From the NCBI GenBank assembly GCA_000934665.2, contig KZ538005.1, forward strand, positions 1 to 64,000: a DNA stretch of 64,000 bases. The letters run 5' to 3'. A model generated the notes under the pieces. It did not search any database and had not been told where the DNA came from. It was given only the letters and a program-made list of their open reading frames with translations. The first letter of the stretch is position 1, and the number at the start of each line of letters is the position of its first letter. The DNA is from Catajapyx aquilonaris. Lineage: Eukaryota. A program made the position numbers and the translations under genes. Of the stretch, positions 13,081 through 24,800 are shown in pieces.

Positions 13081-14024
13081 GGGGAGACTGGGGCACAGTG
13101 GTGCACTTTTGCATATTTGAATTTTTATAAGAGCGTTCCTGTTATATCTACGCACCCAATATTTTCCGGCATGGTGGGGGTATACTCATTGGTAATATAC
13201 ATCACTAATATATTCAAGGCAATGCCATCCCTTTCGCTTAATTTTTTTTATATAAAAAAGCTGCCCTATGCGGCTGGACCACTGTACAGCTAGTACACTA
13301 CCCCGATGCCTGGGGCAGTGGTCCGGAAGTGATTGGGACCCCTAATTCACACAAGAAGTATAGTCTATATTTTATTTCTTATCCTACATCTAACGTTAAC
13401 CCCTCTTAATAAATAGGAAATAAGAAAATGGGACGTCTGTTAGTGCAACCTGTGGACAAAGTGAAACATCGTTTCTCTCCGGAATATATAGACCTGGTCC
13501 TGCCACATCCTTCGGTGCATGAACTTTATTTCATAATAGTGTCTGTCAAAACCATTAGCATATAAACCTATGTTGACATTAATTACTGTTCAGAGGCAAA
13601 AAGGAGCACGGTCGTCCACAAAGAGGTGCACACTGGTCCATGGACCACTGTGCTCTAGAGGGCACCAATTGACATGATGCTATGAATTATAGCTTCCATT
13701 GCAAATGACGCTTTCCAAATTCTCAGCGTTTATAGACAAAGGAGGACACTATTCTACAACATTTTTGCATCAGGATTATGCCCGTCATCTACGCCTGACA
13801 TGGAATTTAAACTGTGAGTTAGAAATTACTTCACTACCCTTGAAGTATAGCTTTCCCCTGATACAGCAGGACCTCAGGCATCTCACAGGTGGCTGTCATG
13901 TTGGCAGGATGCACAATAATGACTTGTTTCACGAAGTACCAGATGAAGATGTTATTCAGGTTTCTTATATTGTTAAAATGGAAAGGACCACTGTGCCGGG
14001 TGAACCACTGTGCCCTGCTCTCCC
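13081..14024. mobile_element. Non-autonomous TA-targeting DNA transposon (Tc1/mariner-pogo-like), 944 bp
   Basis: TA|GGGGAGACTGGGGCACAGTGGTGCAC ... GTGAACCACTGTGCCCTGCTCTCCCC|TA, with TIRs 22/26 identical. The TIR core GGACCACTGT recurs internally near 13276, 13316 (inverted), 13640 and 13985. No transposase ORF is present. Confidence 0.85.
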
Positions 14025-16146
14025 CTATGTGATTTGAGTGAAATAAAGCCATGCCTCCAATAAGGGCATCTTCCTGTTTCCTTACTATACCCTAAACTTC
14101 TGGCAATATGGCGATATGTTTACCTTCCGTAACTACTGACCCCCGTTATGATGCATATTAATAGTGTGGTCTCCCTAAGTGGCCTGTCGAGGTTGGAAAT
14201 TTTGTGAAAGTAATGTAACTCAAGTCACGGCTTCTGATATCATTTTAGGGAGTTTTTGAAATCACGGCTAAACCAAAGAGAAATAAGATGACAGGATTGT
14301 TTCGTGGATATGTGCATGAGCAACTAATGTAGTTTAGATGAGTAGCATTCAAATCGATTTTTTACTTTCATTCTTTCATGCATTATTTTAGATCTGAAGC
14401 ACCTTTTAAGGTACATTGTTGACAGTGTTACAACTTCGACTTAGAATGCGACAATCCTCATACACTGCTTGCGGAAATAAACCTGTAAATTACGCTAATT
14501 TGCGAAGGTACATTTGGTCGGTATTAAAATCCCCGATCAATGCATCAGTCCGTAAGGATAAAACAAAGATAAAAAAGAACAACCTGACCACGTAAAGGCG
14601 CTGCGTGACGCACCTAATGCTGTAGCCTTATTAGGCAATTGCGGGGATTTTGGAAAAAGAAGTGGCAGTGTGAATAGACCATGTTTGTGTTAATGCAAGT
14701 GGACCGCACTGGTAGTCCTATATACTCACCAAAGCAGGCTAGTAAAAATAGTGAGGTAAAATATAATGTGGTCTGTGTGGCCATTTTTGTAGTAAAACGG
14801 TCAGGAATGTAGTGGAGCTATGTTTGCTAATTTGGCTTTCATGACGGCTACCGATAGTTGAGGCCCATTGGAAAGCTACAACAATATACTCTAATTTCCC
14901 ATTTTTCATGTGATGTGGTTTTGGTGGGATTTAACTTTAAAACACCCGTTATTGCTTTCAGTGGAAAATATACTCCTGTGGCGTACACTAACCGTGCACT
15001 ATTGGTCGAACATACAGTAATAGAATGTGTTCCTATTGAAGTGTCAGTAGTGGTTATTTTCCCTAAAATGCAGTTATTTTGGAACAGTTATTCTTAGCTG
15101 CCATCAAATTCTGCTAATATTAGACAAAATTATTTTAATCAATCGAAGATCGGGAAAATATCATATCGAATGGGACCTCTGACTACAGTCACCGTTATGT
15201 TAGTAAAACTCAGGTACATTTTGAAGTGCAGAGTTTTTGTACCATATAGGATTTATGTTGGACACCCGATCTGCGTTCGGAATTGAAAATCCGATCAGGA
15301 AAAAATAATTACTTTGCGAAAATTGAATCGTGTGCAGTTCTGAATTGAAATCCCACAAGAGCGGATAGGGATACGCGGAAGAGCTAATGCGCCGTATTAC
15401 TTTGTAGAGACGGACAAGGGAAGGATGTTGAAAATCATTTCATACGCGCTGAGCAATATCCTACCAATCCCAGGAGATCCTTTCGAAGCCGCACAGCCCA
15501 CATCTCAAACCAACTTCTCCCTTTCCTATCAGTTTAAAAAAAAGAGGTAACGGTAAAAGTTGTTTCCTTGCTACCAAAAATTTAACTTCCTGTACAATAC
15601 AGGTATAAAAAGACCACATTTATTTTTTAGTATTTTATTTTCAACACTTCGAAGAACAAAGATTGTGCTGAAGTTCTCATTACAAGAATGATAATTGAAG
15701 AGGGATATCAAACATAACGAACGCGTCATGTGTTTCCTAGCATGTGACGAGAAATACTTACTTTCACGTGATATGACATAATCCAGAGTCACACCAGGTC
15801 TGCTAGATGCCAGAAAATACTTCAACTGATGACGAAGACCTGACGTTTATCGGATATACGATCGTAGATACAGATTATCACAGCTAGAGCCCTTTGGAAT
15901 CGTCTATGTCACCGTCTCTGTTTATTTTGGGTTGTCGACTGTTGAAATCAGGATAATGGATTTTTTATTTTTCCTGCAATAATTTTTTGCTCTAAAAATG
16001 GCCACAGAAATCACTAGAAACATGCCACCATTTTGACTTTAATTTTAATTTTTGAGTTGCATATATTGTTCACTCGAACTTACATTTAATAAAAGAAATG
16101 CTAGGTTGAGCAATGTGGCAACAGCTCAATACGACATAATTATATA

Positions 16147-16471
16147 CAGGGTGTTTCAACTTTTTTGTCCGAACAGTTATCGGAAAATTGCATGTAGCTG
16201 TTACTTTGTAAGCAGTGACTTGCAACCGATGATTTGTCGTAGGAATGGGGAATGAGGGGGGTCACACATCCCATGGCATGTGTGACCCTCTTTTTTCCAG
16301 ACTCGACCCTCAATTTTCAGCGGGCAGCACGTATGCCACTTCAACCAACAATTCGCAGGGAATATTCCCCGTTCCTCCGAAAAATCACCGTTTGCAAATC
16401 ACTGCTTACAAAGTAGCAGCTACCTGCAATTTTCCGATAACTTGTTCGGACAAAAAAGTTGAAACACCCTG
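16147..16471. mobile_element. Tc1/mariner-type MITE, family A, copy 2 (inverted relative to copy 1)
   Basis: TA|CAGGGTGTTTCAACTTTTTTGTCCGAAC...GTTCGGACAAAAAAGTTGAAACACCCTG|TA. The interior is the reverse complement of that in 8338-8667. Confidence 0.95.
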
Positions 16472-17410
16472 TATAGGAAGTGCTAGATCTGGATCTTGAT
16501 TTGAACCATGATTTAGCAAGTGTTGTGTAGACACGATCCCTGCAGGTAATCCGGTGCATATCCTTAGGTATGTATGTCCCCTGAGAGGGCTCATTACAGA
16601 TCCGGGGTTTGGTTAGGGGTCCGGGTTGGCACCCACTGCAAATGGTTATTGTTTATCGACGGTCACGTAGGTGGCCACTAATGGGATTTTACCCGGAGCC
16701 CGGATTCCTCCTCGTTTGGGTGGGAGGCCTGGGTGGAAACAGGAGGTGTCCGGGGAGGGGATGGGACCGGATTAGTGGGCCGTTTTAATGCAGCTGCCTG
16801 GTAATTAATTTGTGATGTAAGAGGATCGGCGGCCACGTGAAGTGTCGGCTAAACTGTCGCCCGGAAAAGGGGCCCGGACTGCCATTCCGGAACAGGCGCG
16901 GGTTTAGCTTTCAACAATGATTCACGAGCTGTGCGGAAGGGGGCACAGAAATATTTCACACTGTCCTGGGCCAAGTCTTGCTTAGGATAGATGTGGAAGG
17001 AAGGGAGACAAAAAGGATAAAGTGTGGGCCAAATTGACAATGTTTCACATGTAGGAAGATTTCTGTCCAGAGTCACTTGCAGATATACAATACAGTGCTA
17101 TTTATCAGAATCAGCGAGCTCTTCAGTCCTCAGAATTTATTTCAGGAAGAATAGGAAAGCGTGGAAAACCCAGGCACTCCAGGGTATTATAGGGATATGG
17201 TAACCCGGGTCAGTGAATTCATCTTATTATGCACTGATATTTCCAAAAATAATACCTCACGATTGCACTCACTTCTTTTGTGGGATCTGACCTCCCCCGA
17301 GAGGTCACCTCAGGATCGAAGTCGTGGTCCAATCATACGTACAACAGGTTGCCACAACCTCCTTATTAGACCTATAGCCTCTCTCGAGGCTACCTTAGGC
17401 CCTACTGCAT

Positions 17411-17413
<3 letters not shown>

Positions 17414-17488
<75 letters not shown>
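17414..17488. repeat. (TA)n microsatellite
   Basis: Perfect AT dinucleotide run; it produces the IYIYIY ORF artefacts. Confidence 0.99.
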
Positions 17489-17490
<2 letters not shown>

Positions 17491-17865
17491 AACTCAAGCC
17501 TCCCCCTGATACCACAAGACATCCCTGCCATATAGTGGGGAACGTCACAACTTCAAAATGAAGCCAGGTATAATGTGAATGACTGAATACATAATGGGAT
17601 GAGATATATTTTCAGTGGAAAAAAAAAATCTGGAAGTACTTGCGTACCGGTATGGGAGTGCTTATTATTTGGAAATAAACACACCAATAAAACGCCGGGA
17701 AATTTAGACCCATGTTCCTATTCACCCCCTCAAGCGATATTTCAAGAAGTCGTTCCAAATGTGTCCATATGACTGTACAGTAGCCTACTTATGGGCAGCA
17801 CAAAATTCTATTGCAACAATGGATGACGCAATGCTCTAAAACTATTTCGATATATCCAACTTCTA

Positions 17866-18199
17866 CTGAGGGAGACGGAGTGGCGCCGCGGTAACGCGTG
17901 CGCCCACGGAAGTTAAGGTCCCGGGTTCAATCCCCACCCGGGGTTCCCACCTTCTTTCGTGCAGAGTGAGACCGTCTCTGGCTTCGTTTCGGGTGGCGAT
18001 CCTTTCACATATGCCACCCGGGGGAGTTCACAAAACGGCACATCAACGACATTGCACACGCACTTTGCACATCCCCTCCTACCTACCCTTGGAACACACT
18101 AAATACTATCTTAGTATACCGGTTCCACCCAAATGGTGGTATTTCCACCCCCCTAAAGGAAATGTAACTCCCAATGGGGTAATGCAAAAAAAAAAAAAA
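17866..18199 (+). mobile_element. tRNA-derived SINE, family G, full-length with poly(A) tail
   Basis: A box tggcgccgcgg (17881-17891), B box ggttcaatccc (17924-17934) and poly(A) at 18186-18200. A perfect 12-bp TSD, atccaacttcta, occurs at 17854-17865 and 18200-18211. Confidence 0.92.
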
Positions 18200-18628
18200 A
18201 TCCAACTTCTAGGCCTGAATAAAGCTCAATTTCATAACATTTCCACGTGAGATGGTCGTAAATCATCGCCTTTGCTGGAAAGGTGCCTATCTTCGGGCAT
18301 TTGGAGAGGTAAGACGGCAAAAAATCTCCACTTGGAACACTTTTGAGGTAATCAAGAAAAGCGTGCAGCTTTTCGATGGTAAAGCTTAGGAAATCAACTT
18401 CTTCCTCTCATTTAAAGTGGGTAAATGTTTTTGTAGAAAGTCGACTACACCAATCGATCACTCTCATTTTTATTCTGAGGAAAATACCTAAATCAATATC
18501 TGTGAGACTTTTTCCTTGCCATCCGTCCCTGAAATTAATAACGGCAGCTTCAAATGACTTAAATGCTTTGATTTTTCGCACGTGTCACGTGGTTGACATG
18601 CATGATCTTCATATAGCCATTTTTCACC

Positions 18629-18813
18629 GAAGCAGTGGTGGCGGAGGGGATATGGTATCCGACTGCTAATCCGGAGGTCCTGGGTTCGAATCCCGGTGCC
18701 GGCAACTCTAACCGCGGTTTTCTGTGGTTTCCCACGGTTCCTTCAGGAGAATTCCGGAGTTGTTTTCTAAGCTAATAGGCCACAGCCGCCTCCTTCCTTT
18801 CCTATCCTGTCCC
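18629..18813 (+). mobile_element. tRNA-derived SINE, family F, 3'-truncated copy
   Basis: ccgactgctaatccggaggtcctgggttcgaatcccgg...ggttttctgtggtttcccacgg...acagccgcctccttcctttcctatcct aligns with the reverse complement of about 11915-12100. It lacks the 3' tail. Confidence 0.88.
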
Positions 18814-21800
18814 AAAAAGCGCAGTAAAAATGAAACGAAGAGTTCCAGTCAAAAATAAACAAATAATATCCCCCCTAAAGAGCCGCCGGCTGATAACGGG
18901 GTATGAATTATTATTATTATTATTATAGCCATTTTTTCCGAAATTACCTAATTTATCACAAAACATCGTTGTCTTGTCCCTGCAATTCACCCTGCTTGAA
19001 CGGTATAAAGAATCATTTAATAATATAATTTTTATAATATATAATGTAAAATTATTACAAACACACCGCCAGACATTACATAGCTTGTCTGTACAGTGCT
19101 GCAAAAACACTACTATAATTATTAATACCAAACTCACGATTATATTAAATAGTACTAGCATATTGGAGTCTATATTAAATTTAGCGGTGGACACATTGTA
19201 AACGTAATTATAATTCTGTTGAGCTACAGGCTTCCAAAATTAAGTAAGAATTAGGCCAAAAAATTAATAAAGGCGCGACCACTTTTAAACTGGAATTGTT
19301 ATTAGATTATGAGTTTGTGACCCGTCCTACGTGACACTGGAATACCAGCCTGTAAAATTACACTGTGCTGTAGTAAGCGATCCTATATACTGCAGTTATT
19401 TTTTACACACGCCCATTAACGCCAAATAGCATTACCTAGCATCCTATGGTATTTGCATAGAGTTACAATGACTCTTGGCGGATCCAGAGGACGAACTTCA
19501 TTCTTGATACTATCACGTTTCATTAATGACATGCCTGGAAAAGGATCAACTTACCTGCTTAAAAATGTGGTGTTGTTGACATGTTTCTTCGAATTATTAT
19601 TGCTAATTCGTGTGTTTCTGCCATTTCGAGTCGCAGCTAATTTTGTATGCGTCATTAAAAAACAAACATTGTACCAACCAAATATTTGCAAAACAGAGAC
19701 GTAAATCAGCCAAGGTATGTGATAACGGGGCAAATTGCAGTTGAGGTCTGGAAATCAGAAATGTCCGATCTGAAAAGCGGCGCCTATAAGTGCTGGAAAT
19801 TAAAGGGCCACATTAGGGCCATATTTTTTGGAGCTGCAGCTGCGAGTGACTGTGCTGAGTCATAAGTCGGAATAGCCCTCCTACCACCCCCTCCAACGTC
19901 TCCGATCCCTTTCTTTAGCTGCTGCTGTAGTGTGACTGTGCTGTCGAAACCTAGTCGAAAAGATGCCTTCAAGCTGTGACTGTGATGGCGGCGTATAGCG
20001 ATATAGGTTGCCTTCGACAAATCAAGTAACAGGGTCGAATCGGCCAGTTTCCGTCCACCTTGTCTGCTTTTAAGGTTTGCTGACAGAGTTCTGGAAGCTA
20101 GTGGACATAGCCATCAGATCAAAATAGGAGCCTGGTCTGCCATAAGTAACAGGGACAAGTCTGGCATGTTGATCCCCTCAGAAGTTAACAGTACCATGAA
20201 GTTTAAGCGTATGTCTGCCGGACGTGTTGGCTTAATAAAGGGCTCATAAACTCCAGACTTTAAAGTTGGTACTACAATCTTAATAAGTTAAACAACCAGA
20301 CATCAACATGATTGAACTCTGGGTACTAAAAATTTAGGATGGTAGTGGTTACAATCTTCGGTGGTGAAAACAACATGCAGCTCGTTGTTGATTTGTAGGT
20401 CAGCCATATTGATAATGTAGAACTGGAACATGTTTCAACATGACTTAATCAGTAAATATGTTAATGTTTTATTAGCTACCTTGAACTAACGTCAATTGTT
20501 AATGAAACATTGCCGTTGGTTTAGGGCGTCACGGCACGCTGGTATAGTGATTATTGTCACAGCCTTCTGGTCCGGAACTTTTATCAGGACATGTAGTACA
20601 AATTACACTGTGCATTAAACACGTGATAGGTCGATTGTAATTATCAGCAAATACATTTAATGTTATAAACCATTTTACAGGTTTGCCGTTTAGTAGCACT
20701 GTAATCATACCCCACGCTGTTTACAGACAGGAACAACTTCCATTACATCTGCCATGATTCACGACACCGCTTCCATTCCAACAACAATCCCTATTTGTTA
20801 TCCTTAATGAGCACTCTAACCTTTTTGGGGAGGATCTTGAAAAGTGAGTTAGTGGTTTTTTGGTTCCCAAAAAAGAGCTGCTGGTTGGGTTTTGCTCGGT
20901 TTTTGCGGTTCACATGTCAGACCTAGGAAGAGGCTTCTCGGCTGGCACTTCTCGTTAGTAGGAGTGGTCAGTAACCGGAGGCGGACTCCCAAAGCGATCA
21001 TCGCGGTAATTGCCCCCGGGACCATCACCTTTTGCCGGCTGCTACTTGGAAGCTAGCTGCAGTTCTCTTTGCCAGGGGGTGGTAGGGTATGAGGGGTGCG
21101 CCCGCGCCCCCTCCTAAATCCCTGGGCGACTAGGAGACGGGCCAACAAACAGTCAAGGAGCCGTTTGTTGCCTCGTTGCCTGGTCGGCTAACATCTTCTC
21201 AACGACCGCCTCTTCTCCTATATCTCTCTCTTCGATCAATCCTCTCTCCAAATTGCCCGCTTCAAAGTTGTCAATTACAATCTAGCTGTTGCAAACACTT
21301 CGAGTACCTCAAGACTGTGCAAGCAAATAACATGATTGTTTAAGTAAGGTCATCTTGGGAGCCCTTAGTTAATTCAACCGTATTTCGTAACGATGGCAAC
21401 TTGAAATATGGCAACAAACCAACTGGAAAAAGTTTGACGTGTGCTTGACACCGTGCTTTCAAGATGGCGTTGAAGGAGTTTGGCTTGATGTTACCCAGCT
21501 ACCATGGATACCATTGAGGGCGTAATAACTTCCTCCCTAGTCCTCGTCGTACCACTTTACTTGCAACATCGAACATTCCCTATATGCACGCTATAACGAG
21601 TTGAATTTATTTTAACGAGAACACAGTTTGACGTTGTAAACATGGCTTAAGCCCAATTTAGGGGCTTACTTGAAAAGTGGCTGAAGTGTATATTTTGAGA
21701 GTTTGCTTTTTATATACAGTATATAAGTGCTAATGATCAGCAACATGCACGTTTGGCAACTCATTTTTAGAAGTGCACTGGCTGTTAGCCCTACTGTACA

Positions 21801-24800
21801 AAACACTTTGGACAAAGCCCGTAAACACAGTTTTCCATATTCATGTCCACATAAGAGAGCGGATTCAATTTCATATCCTGTACGTATCGCATTAAACCCA
21901 CATTTTAGCTGAGGTTAAAAAAACCATCTTTATACATGAACCTACAGGGTATTATGTTACCCGTTGCTGGCTCCGACATGTAAACAGAGTTCATACTCTC
22001 ATCATACTTGCAACACTTCATTATTGCTTAATTCCCCTGAATACTTGTTTTCTCCCCTTGTAGTGTGTCTAAATTCGCCCGAATGTACAGTACGTATATG
22101 CCGCACGTAGAAAAATTTGATTGTCGAAATTCATGACCTCAATTTTCGATTAAATTAGCAAAATAATCATTTTGGCCTGGTATGAAACTAGCGCGTAGTG
22201 TCAAACTAAGGGAATCTGTCTCCGCGCAGTGCAATGTGAGTAATCAGTATTGTTATGGACGTACTGTACTGTACGTATGAGACGATGCAGATCGGAAATG
22301 AAGCAGGTCAGGATTCAAGTATGTCAAAGTTACCGCGGTTGTGGAACAGCAGCCACTGATGCATTGCAGCATGGAAATGAGAAGTCCGTGGCACAATGTG
22401 TTGCCAGGGAGTCGTAAGATTGAAAATCTTTCTACGGGGGTATAGGGGCGAGAGGGAGGGGGAGGGGGGCTAGGGCATGGGAGGTGACTATTTTCCGATT
22501 AAAATACTACTGCACAGAGAGGAGTGTCACAGGAAATTGAGAAATGTGACGTTATTGAAATACGCGTTGAAATTGCAAAGAAATGGGTACATGTCTAAAG
22601 TGAAAACTGTGTCGTACTGTTTAAACACAACAGGGAATGTCGGTTAAATCAAGAATGCGGCAAATGTCATCTTTCAAGCAAAATATAGACCATTTGGAAG
22701 TTACTGTATAGTAAAATTCTAGTTTCGTTAGTTAGCATAAACGCCTTGAAAATCTGAAATGTACATACATTTTTAGATAATAAATGTGGGATCATACTGA
22801 ATGACTTGTCAGGTTCCAGTCATACAAAAAAATTCTCAAAATTACTGACACAGAGACACGCAGCTTTTTAGGCCGCCAAGTATAAGCACATATCTCCCAA
22901 ATTTACCTAAAATTACTTTTTACTTAGACACCATCACCAGCCGGCACTTCAATTTATGTAATGGCAGCCTAACTCTTACACCCAAAAAAGTGATTCTTTA
23001 TCATTTACGGTTTGCGCTGAGAATTTTAATGAAGAAAAGTTTCCGTATCACACAAGAGCAAGTGGTAGGGAAGAAAAGGGGGGGAGAGGGAAGGGGAGGG
23101 GATAGAAAAAACCCCCATCTGAGCGACTAGCTCGTGGCAAGTTGGGCGAAGAAAATTCGGGAGGGGGAAAACTGAAGTCATCTCCAGAGGAAGATGGCGC
23201 ATCAATCGCCTTTGTGCGATGAGCCCGCCATCTGGGGAGGAGGAACTCCCTTCAGCGTGGGAAGGATTGAATGAGGCGATTAGTGACCCGTTCGCCACAT
23301 TTCTGAGCTCTCTTCCGCTCTGCTTGCTTTTTGTCGGCCAGACTGGGGGGGGGGGGGGNGGGGGAGGTCGTCGAAAATCCTCCCCCTTACTCCCCTTACT
23401 CCCCCTTTCCATCCGCCTGTACGTCGTTGAATCGGAACGTCAAATTGGGCGGTCCAAAAACCTACTTGGAGAAGTGCTGGGTGTAACAGAATTCACGGCT
23501 CTCGCGAAAACGTTTCTGCACACGGTTCAGTGCTTTGCTTGCACTGCTGCAACGTACTGTACCGGCCTGCCTAAATAAGGTTCGACTAGGAAATCCTAGT
23601 ATAGCGATGCTGCTGACGGGATAATTAGGACGCCAGGAAAAAATTGCTATAGGCTCGGAAATGTGTAGTTTAATAGTTTATGGTCCTCAAAGATTCCTTG
23701 GGCTAATTTCCTATCCGACACTACAATTTTATTAGCTCTAAATCAGGAGGATTTACTTCGTCGGTACTTAATCTAGCGTATAAAACCAGGCTTGGTTGTA
23801 AGACCGATTCCTCAAAATTGTCTGTTTGTTGCAGTCATTTAACCGTAAGCAGCACATTACGTGACAATATGATGCATCAGACGCCGAAGCTCGCGAGCTC
23901 TAAACACCCCTTCAGTCTGTAACATCCCGATTTTTGTTCCGGTCGTAAACCCGCTTAGGGAAGACAATATGGACCAATTATAAACGGGAGTTTCATTACT
24001 AGAATATTAAGCCTGGGTGTTTCCACCGAATGACTAGTTTCTAGTAACGAGCGCTCCGATTGATATTTTTTTGTCATCTTTCTATTTTTTGTCGCCAAAC
24101 CAAGACTGTGCAGTTCAAATCACGGGCATATCCAATTAATTACTGAAATTGGGAATATGTTTGAATTTATTCCTCACATGAAAGGATCATCGCGGTGGGT
24201 AATTGTATCTTGCTTGTTATGCTAATTGTATGGGCGCAGGACTACCATTCTAGCTTCAGCGCCACTAGGGAGAACACAATTTAGATCGGAGAGAGGGAGG
24301 AGGGGGAAAGCGGGGGTGGGAGGAGGGAGGATTTGCTTGTGAAATGAAAATGGCGCCGACCAATTAAGGAGCCCCGTGAAGAGAAAAGAATAAGTGAAGC
24401 TTAATGATTCGTCTGTCCCGGAGAAGGGTCTCAGTAGGGTCTGAATCGAGGAGAAATTAATTAAAGACGAACGCAATCCCATTTGCATCATAATCTCACT
24501 GTTTTCTTGACTGCTGGAGACGTGACTAAAAATACACGTCACTGGAACTTGCTCCAGAAGCTAGCTGGAGCATTTGCACCGTTATGGGATTTTGGAACCA
24601 GGAGGTTGTCCAAAAATATTTATTATTTAGAGTTGTATTTTTGTGAAACAATTATTGCGTTCTGCTCAGTGACATTTTGGACATTTTTTTTTGTTCCTGG
24701 GTAGTAAACAGTGTAATTTGCTGATTGCTTATGCCTCAGAGGTTTAAAAAATAGTGTCAATACAAAAGGTGCGAATGCTGAAGAATTTTGAGTGTAATAG

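Noticed and set aside
14730..14738. Possible 9-nt minus-strand microexon (tttttactAG|cctgctttg|GTGAGT)
   Set aside because: Such short splice-site pairs arise by chance in 64 kb, and there is no independent support.
17161..17535. ORFs with IYIY runs (also the poly-T/I ORF at 57192-57374)
   Set aside because: These are translation artefacts of microsatellites.
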